Positions 13,268-27,516 of a stretch of DNA of 64,000 bases are shown in pieces (the first letter of the stretch is position 1; every line of letters starts with the position of its first letter). The notes beneath the pieces are model-generated. The model did no database searches, was not told the origin of the DNA, and saw only the letters and a list, made by a program, of their open reading frames with translations. The DNA is from Octopus sinensis (lineage: Eukaryota), in assembly GCF_006345805.1 (NCBI RefSeq), contig NC_043005.1, forward strand, positions 33,728,001 to 33,792,000, written 5' to 3'. The translations under genes and the position numbers were made by a program.

Positions 13268-14194
13268 CTGGAAAATAATAAAAGATTTCCACTGGTGAAA
13301 TTGGAACAAAGTTGTTAATAATACGTTTGGATTTCATTTCATATGATAATTAATACCCTTAAATCTAAAAGTTACATCCCAATAACTTTTACACACTAAC
13401 ACCCATTCAAACACATGTGCAACACATATGCATACTCATGCACGCATACTTACACACACATCTATCAATCTACATCTATCTATCTAATATATATATATAT
13501 ATATTATATATATATATATAATATATATATATATGTACTATGACTTCTAAGTAAGTAGATATACCCATGTAATAGAGAAGCTTATAAAGCTAGTAATTTT
13601 TAGTGGTTTGTTTCGGTAAACTGACCATTCATCACAATGATATCAAATGACAACCTTAATCTATAATTCAATGAGTGGTGTGTTTGTGTATGTTTGTTTT
13701 GTTGTAGTGTGCGTGTGTTGTTTTGTCTCTGTATGTATATTTTTAGTGGTGTATGTGCGTGTGTATCTATGTGTGTTTTTTTTGGGTGGTGTATGTGCAT
13801 GCATGTGTATGTGTGTTATTTTGTTTCTTGAAAACATGTTCTGGAATTATATGTATTACAATGAATACAGAAATTAATACATCAGAAATTGCTTGTTTTC
13901 CATGCTGCAGAAACATGTTGGTGATATTTAAACCAAATACGCTGTATAATTAACTGCAGAAAAAAAAAATGCAGTTGTCCTAATCTCCATATTCATTGTA
14001 ATTGTCTTGGATTTACACTCCAATAAATATTCATAACCCTGAGAAGCGAACCCAGTGTTTTCTCATCAGATGAATTACAGTGGGATTGCTTACCATAAGT
14101 AATCCCAGGTGCACTTTACAACTCGATGCAGTTACTCGTATTATAACTGAGTGCGCATTTGGTACACGGCTGAATAATTTATCCCTATATACAG

Positions 14195-14233
<39 letters not shown>

Positions 14234-14832
14234 GGTTTGAAGATGCTAGCAGAAGCAGAGGATAGAGAGGCACCAAGTTAATGCTTGGATAGGTCTAATA
14301 CTAAAACTCCAACTTCTTAATCAGGGTAAAGTAACCCGACAGAATAGAAAGAAACAAATTTTTAGCAAAGATGAAGGAGTAAAGGTGCATAAATGATTAT
14401 AAGTGAAAGGAATGCATTTATATGAGATGTTACATATATTTACAGAATGAAAGTAGATCTTCGAAGCTGTGTCAAACATTTGGTGAATAGTTGAAATTAT
14501 GATGCAAATGATGCAAATATGTGTACTTTATGAGTTTGCTTATATGCTTTTGAGACATATTGCAAAAACAAGTATCGAGAATTCTTCAGATGCAGTGAAG
14601 ACACACACATGCACATGCACGTGCAGACACACATGCACACACACACACACACACACACATTAATATTATATATATATATATGAATAAAAAATGGAGTTAA
14701 CGCAGGTTTAAACAAGTATTTTTACTTTCTACACATGTTTCAAAAATTCCACTGATACTATTCAAATTTTTGCTGCCCTGGTAACTATTTATTTATTTTT
14801 CCGTGTTAATTGTTAACAAGGTAAAAATACAC

Positions 14833-14937
<105 letters not shown>

Positions 14938-15318
14938 ATATAGGAGCACTCCATTGGTTACGATGACAAGGGTCCCAGCTGATACGATCAAAGAAAATAT
15001 TTCTGCAGCATTCACTATTTTACTCTCGTTCTCCATATTTGTTTTTGTTGGTGTCCTTGTATGTCTCCACTGTCCTGTTTTTGTTCCCAACTTTGACCCT
15101 CCGTAAATCCTAAATTATATTTTGGTACTTATGGGAGCAACTGTCTTCGAGCTACTGCTCCAAATGAGGAGTAGATAGGCAGCCAACAACTGATGAAGGG
15201 TTGTTCCTTGTGTTACTTGCCCTGCTTTCCATTTGTTTCTCTCGTTATTTGCATATTCAACTCATTTGTTTTTGTATTTCATGTTTGCTCTTGGTAACGT
15301 CCTGTACCCATATATGCA

Positions 15319-15355
<37 letters not shown>

Positions 15356-16162
15356 GCATTATATATATTATTTATATCCTATATATATATATAATATAAA
15401 TAATATATATGCATATATACATATATATATGTACATACTTACATACATATGTATATACATATTCATATGTGGGCACAGGACGTAACAGAACGTAAACAAC
15501 ATGAAATACGAAATACAAATACGTGGTATATGAACTGTGTTTTTGAACAACGAATGAAACAAATAGAAAACTAGACAAGCGACATAAAGAACGACCCTTC
15601 ATCAGTTGTCAGCTGTTTTTCTATTTCGTATTTCAAGCAATTCATGACAAGAAGTGCCTTCAACAAAACAGTTGCTCCCACAAAGCAAATATAATAAAAT
15701 TTGGGATTTTGTGGAGGATCAAAATTGGTAACAAAAACAGGACAGTGTAAACAAACAGGAAGGGCTGCTAAACCTAAATGAGGCAAGGTGGTGAACGCAG
15801 TGGAATAAGCTTGGACAGGAGACAGACAAGAATGCATCTGATCCCTGCAGCTGAATCAGAAGGAAAGAAAGCAACTCAAGTTAGGAAAAGAAAGAAAGAT
15901 GGCTGATGGTCACATGCGAGCAACAAGAGAGCAAAGGAGGAAGAGTGAGGGAGAGAGATGGAGAGACAGAGAATGACGAAGGGGAGAGGAAGCACATAAA
16001 TGTAAAACAAGATGAAAAAATAGTACTTGAATACCAGATGTAGAGTGATATGCTTTATTAATAAAGCTTTTTTAATTTGTTAGTGGCCAGGCTGGCAGCT
16101 AATAAAATTTTTCTGTAATATAAGCATGTTCTATCCTATTTATACTATTCAACATTATCATT

Positions 16163-17560
16163 ATGCGTTTGAGAATAAAATATTTCGGGGGCGGGTGTGC
16201 TGAAAGTGTAACTGCTAGATTAAGAATAGCCTGGGCAAAGTTTAGAGAGCTCTTACCCCTGCTGGTGACAAAAGGCCTCTCGCTCAAAGTAAAAGGCAGA
16301 CTGTATGATGCATGTGTACGTACAGCCATGCTACATGGTAGTGAAACTTGGGCTGTGACTGCTGAGGATTTACGTAAGCTCGCAAGAAATGAAGCTAGTA
16401 TGCTCCGTTGGATGTGTAATGTCAGTGTTCATAGTCGACAGAGTGTAAGTACCTTGAGAGAAAAGTTGGACCTAAGAGGCATCAGATGTTGTGTGCAAGA
16501 GAGACGATTGCGCTGGTATGGTCATGTGGCGAGAATGGATGAAGATAGGTGTGTGAAAAAGTGCCACACCCTGGCAGTTGAGGGGACCTGTGGAAGAGGT
16601 AGACCCAGGAAAACCTGGGTCGAGGTGGTGAAGCACGACCTTCGAACTCTAGGTCTCACCAAGGAAATGACCAGAGACCGAGATCTATGGAAGTATGCTG
16701 TACGTCAGAAGACCCGGCAAGACCAGTGAGAACAATCAAAATCAAATCATATATCAGAAAGCAGGGGTTAAGTGACCCATCTGTTTGTGTCCGCTGCCAG
16801 CCTCGTCTGGCACCCGTGTCGGTGATACGTAAAAGCACCATTCGCTCGTGGCCGTTTGCCAGCTCTGTCTGGCCCCCATATCGGTGGCACGTAAAAGCAT
16901 CATCTGTTCGTGTTCGTTGCCATCCTCGCCTGGCCCTGTACCGGTGATACGTAAAAGCACCATCCGTTCGTGGCCGTTTGCCAGCTCTGTCTAGCCCCCG
17001 TGTCGGTGGCACGTAAAAGCACCATCCGTTCATGTCCGTTGCCAGCCTCGCCTGGCCCCCGTGCCGGTGATACGTAAAAGCACCGTCCGTTCGTGGCCAT
17101 TTGCCAGCTCTGTCTGGCCCCATGTCGGAGGCACGTAAAAGCACCATCCGTTCGGTTCCGTTGCCAGCCTCGGCTGGCCCCCGTGCCGGTGACACGTAAA
17201 AGCACCGTCCGTTCGTGGCCGTTTGCCAGCTCTGTCTGGCCCCGTGTCGGTGGCACGTAAAAGCACCATCCGTTCGTGTTCGTTGCCAGCCTCGGCTGGC
17301 CCCCGTGCCGGTGACACGTAAAAGCACCATCCGTTCGTGGCCGTTTGCCAGCTCTGTCTGGCACCTGTGCAGGTGGCACGTAAAAAACACCCACTACACT
17401 CGCGGAGTGGTTGGCGTTAGGAAGGGCATCCAGCCATAGAAACACTGCCAGATCTGACTGGGCCTGACGAAGCCTTCCAGCTTCACAGACCCCGGTTGAC
17501 CCGTCCAACCCATGCTAGCATGGAAAGCGGACGCTAAATGATGATGATGATGATGATGAT
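16163..17560 (+). mobile_element. 5'-truncated RTE-clade LINE: ORF2 C-terminus, minisatellite-bearing 3' UTR and (TGA)n tail
   Basis: KGRLYDACVRTAMLHGSETW...RRLRWYGHV...GRGRPRKTW is the RTE ORF2 C-terminus; ends aaatgatgatgatg. Confidence 0.92.
16787..17390. repeat. GC-rich minisatellite, about 10 units of 60-62 bp, alternating A/B types
   Basis: Units start at 16787, 16848, 16910, 16970, 17032, 17093, 17154, 17215, 17276 and 17337. Confidence 0.95.
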
Positions 17561-17807
17561 ATATTTCAATACATCTCAACGCCTCTAAAAAAAAAAGGCA
17601 AACTTTGTTTACATATATCGTAATTTCACATACACACACACACACATGAATCGATAAAAAGAGAAAGAGAGACATACTTATATACTCATACATGCTTGCA
17701 AACATGCACACATGCATGCATACACACACACACACTCAGAGTTGCTATTACACAGTGTTGCCAGGAGTTGCATTAATAATGAAGATCATCGAGTAAGAAT
17801 CATCATA

Positions 17808-19089
17808 CGAGGGACGTTCAATAAGTAATGGCCCTGACCCACTTGCATTTGTTTGATCTAACTGAAACTTTGCATGTGCAATTATTTATATCTCTATAGA
17901 TTAAGTGGCAAATTACAGCTCTGAACTAATTGTGGTTTCTGATTTACAGGTGTTTTAACTGAGTCAAGTGTGAAATGGAGCCAGTTGAGTGTCGAGCAGT
18001 GATCCGGTTTTTGTATTTGAAAGGACGCACACCTCGGGAGACTTTTGATGAAATGAAAGTAACTTATGCCCCATCATATGACCTTGTAAAACGCTGGCAT
18101 CGTGAATTTAAACATGGTCGGAACCCTGTGGAAACAGCTCCCAGATCTGGTCGCCCCCTTCTGCCATTGATGAGGCATCTGTCCGTCAAGTTGAGGCTGC
18201 CATTTTGGAAGATCAATGCATAACTATTCGCCAAATAGCCCATGAGGTCAAGATTAGTACCGGATCTGTGGAAACTATCATTCATGACCATTTGCATATG
18301 CAAAAGGTGTCTGCCAGATGGATTCCCAGGTTGCTCACACCTTTCCAGAAGCAAGAACGCGTCGAGTGCTCGAGGATGAATTTGGAGATGTACCAAGAAG
18401 ATGAGTCAAAATTTTTCAAAAGACTGATTACACAGGATGAAACCTGGGTCCATCACTATGATCCAGAGACCAAAGCCCAGTCAATTCAGTGGAAGCACCA
18501 TGACTCATCTCCTCCAAAGAAGGCAAGGGTGCAGCCCTCCGCTGGCAAGGTCGTGCTCACAGTCTTCTGGGACCAGGACGGAGTAGTGATGACAGATTTC
18601 CTGGCAAAGGGTACCACAATTATAGGAGCATATTATGCTTCACTTTTGAGGAAATTAAGAGAAGCTATCAAAATCAAGAGGCGGGGCAAGATCAGCAAAG
18701 CATCCTCCTCCTGCAGGACAACACTCCGATCCACAACTCGCGTGTCGCCAGATCAGAAGCACAGGCATGTGGCTATCAACTCCTCTCCCATCCCCCCTAC
18801 TCTCCTGACCTTGCACCCTCTGAGTTTCACCTCTTCCCAGCCATGAAGTTGTTTTTTGAAAGGAAAGTGTTTCCCAGATGATGCAGCCTTGATTTCTGAA
18901 GTCACGTCGTGTTGGAGGACCAAACTGGGGTCTTCTACAAAAACGGTCTCCAGAGCTGCATCAAACAATGAGATAAATGTGTAACTCTGGATGGTTCGTA
19001 TGTAGAAAAAGACTAATAACTGTGCCAAGTTTCGTTGCTCTACTGCTATGTGAAGTGGGTCAGGGGCATTACTTATTGAACGCCCCTCG
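17808..19089 (+). mobile_element. Full-length mariner (DD34D-type), frameshifted transposase
   Basis: 37-bp TIRs (cgagggacgttcaataagtaatggccctgacccactt; 2 mismatches); TA TSDs at 17806-7 and 19090-1; WIPRLL, DETWV and YSPDLAPS motifs. Confidence 0.95.
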
Positions 19090-19335
19090 TACATATAATA
19101 ATATACAGCAACTAAATATAACAACTATAAATAACATGTATATAACAAGCAAATATATAACAAATATATACAGCAATTATTTATAACAAGTATATACAAC
19201 AGTTATGTATAGTAAGTATATATAACAGCTATTTATAACAAGTATATATAACAGCTATATATGATAACTATATATAACAACCATGTATAGCAAAAATAAC
19301 AATAATGATTAAACAATAACAAAGTAAATACAAAC

Positions 19336-19416
19336 GTAAAGTATAACTGTTGCAATTCTATCACCAGAATTTTGAAAAAGTGGAACGTCTTCGAATTTTG
19401 CTTTTCTGTAGTAACT
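19336..19416 (-). CDS. P4HA: P4HA-A exon 10
   Basis: CTACAG|SYYRKAKFEDVPLFQNSGDRIATVILY|GTTTGT; 81 nt, same as paralog B. Confidence 0.94.
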
Positions 19417-21377
19417 CTGTAGAAAAAAACAGATCAAAGAAAAATATTTGTTGAAGTTAAGGAATTAATATATTAACCCTTTAGTATTCAGATTATACTA
19501 TCAAATGTTTTGAATTAATCACACTTTATCTTGTAGCTTCAAGATTTCATTGGTGTGATTGTTTCTTTTTACAATGACATTGTAAGGTAGGTGAGAGAGC
19601 CTGGATCTGACCAGTGTGAACATAAAATAGGTAGAATATTTTGGCCGGATATGGCTTTACAGAGAGTACTGAGTACTTAAGGGTTGAATCATAGAAGAGC
19701 TATTTTAGTCATTGAAAAATACATCAGGTCTCTGTGGAATTGTACCAGTGATAAGGTCACCATAGTGCAATGGAAATTTTGTCCGCTCAAGAAATAAATG
19801 AAAGAAAAAAATTAATAATTTTTATATGTCATTAGTTGGTTACAATGGTTCTTCCATAATGTAACTGTAGACATTCTCAGAACAAGTTATTTTCTTGATA
19901 AGTACAACTGCTGAATTATTCAAATCATTTCTTAACTTCACATTTCTTAGAACACAATACAATGTTTAGAATTAATTATAAAATTCAAAACAAAGAAGTC
20001 AAAAGGCTGATCACCATCATCATCAGCAGCAGTAGTATTTAATGTCCATCTCCCATGCTGGCATGGGTTGGACAGTTTGACAGTGGCTAGGCAAGCTGGA
20101 GAACTGCATCAGGTTCCATTGTCTACTGTGGTTATCTACAACTAGATGCTCTTCCTAACACCAACCACTTTACAGTGTATATTGGATGCTTTTTATGTGG
20201 CACCAACATTAGGACATTTTAAGTGACACCACTTGTGGGGTTACCAAGTAACTTGTGAAATGATGACTTCTCAACTGGGAGAGGGAGTGGAGGCAAAGGC
20301 TTTTGATTTTTTAACTTGATAGGTATCTTTCATCTTTCTTTCCTAGATAGAGAAATTTAAGTGAATTGCTTGAATATAGAATTCCCATGCACATACAAGT
20401 TGAAAGCATTGAATCCTTCAATCTGGTATCTTTGGGTGTCGTGACCAGATATTTAACTAGCAATTCCTCTCAACCACGGATTTCTTTCAAGTGGAGCTGA
20501 CTGAAGATAGAGAATGACAAAGCAACAGTAGCAACAATAATTTCTAAATGACTGTACACTAATAGAAATATAGAAAATAGTTTAGTCATTTTGAATTAGA
20601 ATTCCACTTTGATTCAGTTGTTCACTGCTAGGAAGAATTATACAGGAAACAAATAGCTCAGATGCAATATATCAATCTAGATGTTGGACTAACTGGTACA
20701 ATGGTTCAATTTCAATTCTTCAGTCTAGAATTGTCTCAGAATAAGAGAACTTTAATTGATCTAGAATACTTTTAGAAGTTGGGAGAGCAGAAAATATTGC
20801 ATTTGGCCACAAAACTCTCATGCTTCAGTAAAATCGTTAATTAAATAAGTATAATTGCTATTAAATTAACCCTTTTGCTACAATATTTCTGCTGAAATAC
20901 ACTACCTTTGTTTCAATAGATTTTGACAATGATGAAGAATTTACTAAAATAACTTTGTCATCATTAACTGGTGTTTAAAACATAAATTAACATGAAATTT
21001 TAAAGGAAGATTTTAATTTAGATCACTTTTAAAACATAGAGTCTGTACCTTAAAACCAAAGTATATTTTGGGTAATTTGGTATCAAAAGGGTTAAAGTAA
21101 GAAATTTTAGGATTTCTTCACATTAAAATGAGAATATGATAAACATTTATTTATTCTGTGCACAATTGTAATACATTTTAATTACTTGCCATCTTGGGGT
21201 CAGGGGTAATCAACCAGTACAATTAATTTTAGGAAATAGAAGAACAGGCTTTGAGGCATTCTTGGTGTTTTTTCCTCAAAGACATCAGTGGAATAAGTAA
21301 AATAGTAGTAATTAGGAATTGAACCATAATGCTAGCGACTTGCCAGGACTCAACTTCTTTCACCATGAACCTTAATA

Positions 21378-22205
21378 CGAGGGGTACCCAAAAGTAACTG
21401 GAAACATTCTCTGCGGAACAAACTCGTAGTTCAGGTTTCTGCCACTAGAAATCACTTGATGTAACCCTCAGGCATCAGTATGTCAACTAGCAGTGTTGAA
21501 TATAGTTGTACTGCCACATGGTGCATCTTTGCTTTGCAGTGCTTCTCCCCAGTTCATCAGTTTTTGTGATGGCTTCCACAAAATTCTGTTTTCTGTTGGG
21601 AAAAATGGCAACCAAAACATAAGTTTACAAGTGGTATCTATGTTTTAGGAATGGTCACTTGTCACTCGAAGATCAATCTTGTTCAGGATAACTATCAACC
21701 TCCAAGATAAATGGAAAATATGAAAGTTCATGAACTGATCTTGGAGGACCATCTCCAAACAATTGACAAACTTGTTGATATAACTAGTGTAACCTGGAGC
21801 TCCTGAAAACGAATTTTGAGCAAGGAATTGCGAATGAAAAGAGTTGCAGCAAAATTTGTGCCTCATTTGCTCATGGAAGATCAAAAGCAGTCATGACTGA
21901 ATGCATGTTGTGAACTGAAAGAACAGTTGGAAGTTGATCTGGACCTTTTTTCGAAGGTCACTGGTGGCGAAAGCCGATGCTATGGAATTTGCAGATGTGG
22001 AAGAGGTGAAGAAAAAAACGATGGAGTCATTGAAAGGCATCCCTTTACAAGAGTTCCAGTACTTCTTCAAACAGTGGAAACTGTGTCTGAGCCAATGCAT
22101 TGCTTCAAATGGAGAATACTTCAAAGGCAATAAAAGTGTAAACATATAAAACTAAGTGAATAAAATAATATTGCAAATTTCCGGTTCCTTTTGGGTACCC
22201 TCTTG
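21378..22205 (+). mobile_element. Internally deleted mariner; partial second copy at about 33880-34410
   Basis: TIRs cgaggggtacccaaaagtaactggaaa and tttccggttccttttgggtaccctcttg, TA-flanked; AKFVPHLL remnant and FADVEEVKKK...CIASNGEYF C-terminus. Confidence 0.85.
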
Positions 22206-23084
22206 TATATCTTCACATAATAGGCATTAAATGTTTCCTGCCTGAGAATTCTGTTCAATAAGGTTGCTTTCTTGCACATAAAAATTTCCAAATCGTCATG
22301 TTCTACATTAAATTCCTGACTTCATTTTTATCTATTGATCCCCAAATGACCTCAGTATATACAGGAAACATTCTGTTTCCACTTACACAATAAAACCTAG
22401 CAACAATATATATCTATATCTATATATAAAGTGGACTACCAGCATCTGGTGGATTCAAGGACTGCATTGTGCTCCAGTATTTGCTTTGATATGGTTTCTA
22501 TGGCTGGCTGCCTTTCATAATACCAGTAATTTTACAGCTTGTACTACGTGCTTATTCATGGTACTAGCACTAGTGATGTCGCCCTGCAACTTGCATGACT
22601 TGGAAATCCAAGAAGGAGTGGGTCAGCTTTATGTGAGGAGATGAGGGGTTAAAGTATGAGAGAAGGGAGAAGGAGTCAAGGAAGTTCTTGTTGTTGAAGA
22701 GCAACATGGTTACTCATATTTAGAAGAGGAGTGAGAACAATCAGACAGAGCTGGAAGTCCAAGAGGTTCCTCAAGGTACAAAGTGCGTACAAGTGTGTGG
22801 GAACAGAGGAATTGACAGTATGGGTCAGTGTTTTGGTGTTTGCAAGTGTGTATGGGGGAGCAAGAGATAGGGAAATGAGAGGTAGGTAACAACATATATA
22901 TAACATATACAGACAAATGTATATACTTCTTAGTATATACATTACAAACAGTACAATAGACATTACAGACGTTATAATATCAGTAATATAATACACAAAC
23001 AACAGCAAGAATTATATTTGTATATGATGCATTATGATGACAGTAGCAAAAATAGCAAGAATTGGAGAATAAGATTCTACTTAC

Positions 23085-23135
23085 CACATAATCATGGTGT
23101 GGCAGATGGAGGCCACCAATGCCATAGTTTATCAC
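23085..23135 (-). CDS. P4HA: P4HA-A exon 9 (HxD iron-binding motif intact)
   Basis: CCTCAG|VINYGIGGLHLPHHDYV|GTAAGT. Confidence 0.96.
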
Positions 23136-23229
23136 CTGAGGATGAAGGGGTATAAGATGACAGATAGGTAAGAGGAGGAAGATGAAGAAGTGGAGAAGTT
23201 ATGATAATAGTAATGATTTTATTTATTTA

Positions 23230-23700
23230 TACAACTAAGTGCAAATGTGTTGAGAGAAAAGTTAGGCATTAGAGGAATCAGATGATGCATGCAAGAGAGA
23301 AGACTAAAATGGTTTGGACATGTGTGATGTGTATAAATGAGAACAGTGTATAAAGAAGTGCCAATTGCTTAAAGTGGAGGGAACCTGTAGAAGAGGGAGA
23401 CCCAAGAAGACATGGGTTAATGTAGCAAGGGCTAATCTTAAGATACTGAGCATCATGGAGGAGATGACAATAGACTCAGATGTCTGACAATATAAGGTTC
23501 TCGAGAAGCCCTGTGCACCTCAGTCCACTCTGTAAGGTGGTTGATGTTAGGAAGGGTATCCAACCATAGAAAGCATACCATAGCTGATAGTAGAGCCTGG
23601 TACAGTCCCTTGGCTTGCCAGCTCCTGTCAAGCCATTCAACACATGCTAGCATGGAAAACAGACATTAAATGGTGAAGCTGATGATGATGATGATGACAA
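23230..23700 (+). mobile_element. Older RTE 3' fragment lacking the minisatellite
   Basis: Homologous to 16450-16690 and 17400-17560; runs into a (GAT)n tract. Confidence 0.75.
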
Positions 23701-24275
23701 TAATGATGAAGATGATAACAATGATGCTGATGCTGATGAAGATGAAGAAGATGATGATGATGATGATGATGATGAATGATTTTATTTACCAACACAGTGA
23801 CTCTGACATTGAAGTATTGAATCAATGGTTTGTGTCCCTGAACAAGGAATACCATGCTTGTTGTGTGATTACCTGAGTGATTACTTCACCAACACCACCA
23901 CCACCACCAACACCAACACCACCACCACCACCTCCACCACCACCATCACTATTACCAAAATCATCACAACCAACAAAAACAAATCATCATCCTCATCTTT
24001 GTTGTTGTCATCTTCATCGTCATCATAATCATCAGTCATCATCCTCATCGTTGCTGTGATTATCATCATCGTCGTCATCGTCATTGTCTTTGTCATCGTC
24101 ATCATCATCATCATTATCATTATTGGTAGCAGTAACGAAACCAACATCAGCTGCTTCAATATCCATATAATCAAACTATCATTGAGACTCAACACACTTT
24201 TTTCCTCCTCTTCTTTTTTCTTTTCCTCTTTCTTTTCCTCCTCGCCCTCCCCTCATGATGATGATGATGATGATG

Positions 24276-24336
<61 letters not shown>

Positions 24337-24430
24337 ACAGATGCAACAGCAGCAACGTTTTCTTTCCTAACATCATTAAGTACCATAATATTCATTAGTA
24401 TTCATAGTTAGTAAGTGTGAAAGACATGTA

Positions 24431-24942
24431 CCGTAAATCCTCGAGTATAATCCGCACTTTTTTCCCAAAATTTAAAGGTCAAAATCCCTAGTGCGTACTA
24501 TATACGAGATTAAAAATGAAAATTATTTTCTAAGCAATGTCCGAGTCTCTATTTGCTGTCCGGCAATGTTTATTCAGAAGCATTTTGTGATGTCAGGCGC
24601 GAAAATACCTTAAGCTAAACCTGAAAGCAATGAAGTCATAAAAGAATCATCCATAACTTGCAGTAAGCAACATTTATTAAATGCTATTACTGTTATTTCT
24701 TTATTTTCTGCAAACAAAATGCACAAAAAAGCTACACGTTTGCATTATGTTATATATACAATAATAATAAAGGACGTTACCATATACAGTTTTACAAATG
24801 AAGAACGTTATATAGACCTCCTTGACTCAAGTTAGAGAAGGGGGTGTGTATTATAAACAAGGTTTAAGTTTTTCAGAGTTACAGCCCCTAAAAATCCCCT
24901 GCGTATTATACTCAAGGGTGGACTATACTCAAGGATTTACGG
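24431..24942. mobile_element. Non-autonomous TIR element (pogo/Tc2-like MITE)
   Basis: TA-ccgtaaatcctcgagtataatcc ... ggactatactcaaggatttacgg-TA; no ORF. Confidence 0.8.
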
Positions 24943-25055
24943 TAAATACTTCACAAATGTTAAGAAACAAACCCCTTTGTTTTGTATTTGTTCATTTTAT
25001 TATTTATTATTGTGTGTGTGTGTGTATGTGAACAAGTATGTACACCTATTCTTAC

Positions 25056-25170
25056 CTGAAATAACTCGCTGTTGGTGTCTTTAAGTTTGAAATCAGTCTG
25101 CAATCCTGTAATCAGTTTGATCCGTCGACACAAGACTTCACTCATTTTATCTTCAGCTGGAAGCCATGTG
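25056..25170 (-). CDS. P4HA: P4HA-A exon 8
   Basis: TWLPAEDKMSEVLCRRIKLITGLQTDFKLKDTNSELFQ|GTAAGA; 115 nt, same as paralog B. Confidence 0.95.
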
Positions 25171-25579
25171 CTGGATGATGACACAGTGATTGAAAAGGAA
25201 AAACAGAAACAAAGAATTTCAATATTCCATAATCTTGTTAGTGGTATAGTGAATAAGAACAGTATTACCATTCCTTTTGAAATAAAACTTTTCAAGATGA
25301 AATCAATGCTCTTGTTATCATGATATTCCGGAGATACACAACATACACACACACACACACAATATATATATATATATATATATATACGACGGGCTTCTTT
25401 CAGTTTCCGTCTACCAAATCTACTCACAAGGCTTTGGTCAGCCAGAGGCTATAGTAGAAGACACTTGCCCAAGGTGCCACACAGTGGGACTGAACCCGGA
25501 AGCATGTGGTACATAAGCAAGTTACTTACCACACAGCCACTCCTACGACTATATACACATATACATATAAATAAATTAT

Positions 25580-26090
25580 CATAATTTAACGTCCGCTTTT
25601 CATGCTTGCATGGGTTGGACGGTTTCACTGAGGACTGGTGAGCCAGAAGGCTGCACCAGCCTCAATCTGATCTGGCAAAGTTTCTACAGGTGAATGCCCT
25701 TCCTAACACCAACCACTCTGTGAGTGTAGTGGATGTTTTTATGTGCCACCAGCATGAGGGCCAGTCAGGCGGTTCTGGCAACGACCACGCTCAAAAGTTG
25801 CTTTTTACGTGCTACCTGCATGGAAGCCAGTCCGGCAGCACTGGCAAAGACAACACTCAAATGGTGTTTTTCATGTACCACCGGCATATGTACTGGTAAG
25901 GCAATGCTGGCAATGATCACACTCAAATGGTGCGTTTCACATGTCACCAGCATGGGAGCCAATCCATGGCCCTGGCAACAATCATGCTCAGATGTGCTTT
26001 TAATGTTCCACTGGCATGAGTGCCAATCAGGTAGTAGTGTCATTGGCCACATCAGCGATTTTGATTTGATTTCACTTGCCTCAATAGGTC
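25580..26090 (-). mobile_element. RTE 3' UTR fragment with decayed minisatellite units
   Basis: Reverse complement of the 16730-17560 type sequence. Confidence 0.8.
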
Positions 26091-26091
26091 T

Positions 26092-26123
<32 letters not shown>

Positions 26124-26153
26124 TGTATGTATGTATGTATGTATGTATGTATG

Positions 26154-26195
<42 letters not shown>

Positions 26196-26266
26196 TGTGT
26201 GTGTGTGTGTTAAAGATGATTTTTCCTATTAAGAATGCTGTCAATAACATTCCAGATTTATCTTAC

Positions 26267-26337
26267 CTTTGGCTGATCCTAGCATTACTTTTAGTTGCTC
26301 CTTTGGAGTCCTTGCCCCCAACATCTGACCGTGTCAG
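26267..26337 (-). CDS. P4HA: P4HA-A exon 7
   Basis: TTGCAG|LTRSDVGGKDSKGATKSNARISQ+AG|GTAAGA (cf. L.RATV...RVSKS). Confidence 0.93.
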
Positions 26338-27516
26338 CTGCAATATATATATATGCAAACTAATTTTTAAAAAAAAATGAATATTTTTTTTTTGTAATTG
26401 AGTGTTGGTTATGAGAGTGGTTGTTGTTGCTGTGGTGGTGGTGGTGGTGGGGATTATCTTGAAGGTAATATGTGAAGTAGTGGTGCTTATTTAAGATTAT
26501 AGTGATATTTGATGGTGGTGATGGTAGGATGAATAGTGATTAATATTTAAATGTCTGTTGTGGCAGATGTTATGATGGTGATGATTGTTGAAATGATAGT
26601 GATTGTTGTGGTGAAGATGATTGTGGTAATGGTGATGGTGATGATAGTGGTTGTGGTTATGGTGGTAATAGTTGTGAGGGTAGTGGCGGTAGTAGTTGTT
26701 GTTATGATAGTGATTATTGTGATGGTAGTGTTTGTGATAATGATAGTGATTTTGTGATGGTAGTAGTTGTTGTGATAGTAGTCATTGTTGTTTTGGTGGT
26801 TGTGATGGTGTTGACTGTTGTTGTTGTGCTGATGGTAGTAGTTTTCTTATGCTTAAATTTTTAAAAATGGTAAAGTTTCTATTCAAAGGAGACCGTATGG
26901 CATGAATCAATCACTACAGGGTAATATACAGAGAAGTTAGTGTTTCCAATCTTTGAATACCATTTTGTGTCTAAGAACCCAACATTTAACACTCAACAAC
27001 TGATTCAACTTTACTCAAATTCCAGGACATAGCTCATTTTTGTAAACATAATCCTCATCATTGTTCGACCGTGGTTGAGACAATGGAATTTACTATGTTA
27101 CGCCAGACTTCACGGTCCATCATAGCATTACAGAGGTCCTGTTGCTGGATGCCTGTATCCCTGGAGATTACATCAGGGTAGGAGAGTGTGCGCCCTCTGG
27201 TATCACGAGCAGATGGCTTCCAGAGGAGAAGAGTAGAATTTACCTAGTTTTCAGCTCTACAACAATGTCCATCAAACTGGACTCTTCTACCTTTCACAAC
27301 ATTCTGGAACTATTCATTATTATGTTGGCTGAAAGTGGTTGGCTCAGTTCCTGTGTAACAAAACAACATCATCATTATTATCATCGTTTAACATCCAGTT
27401 TCCATACTGGTATGGATTTGACTGTTTGACAGGAGTTGGCCAGCTGGAGAATTGCCTGGGCTCATTTGTCTGTTTTGATTTCAAAATGTTGATGATACTA
27501 CTATAACTGTCATATA

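Noticed and set aside
14092-14186. Minus-strand AG...GTAAGC-bounded open segment in P4HA-A intron 10
   Set aside because: No P4HA similarity; the model is complete without it and its length would break the phase.
16656-17508. ORFs of 200-244 aa with repeats; CRISPR-like periodicity
   Set aside because: Products of a tandem minisatellite with no unique spacers and no cas genes, in eukaryotic context.
24056-24370. PolyD/H/Q ORF, and the polyD ORF at 54771-55127
   Set aside because: Trinucleotide microsatellites inside introns, antisense to P4HA, with no flanking domain.
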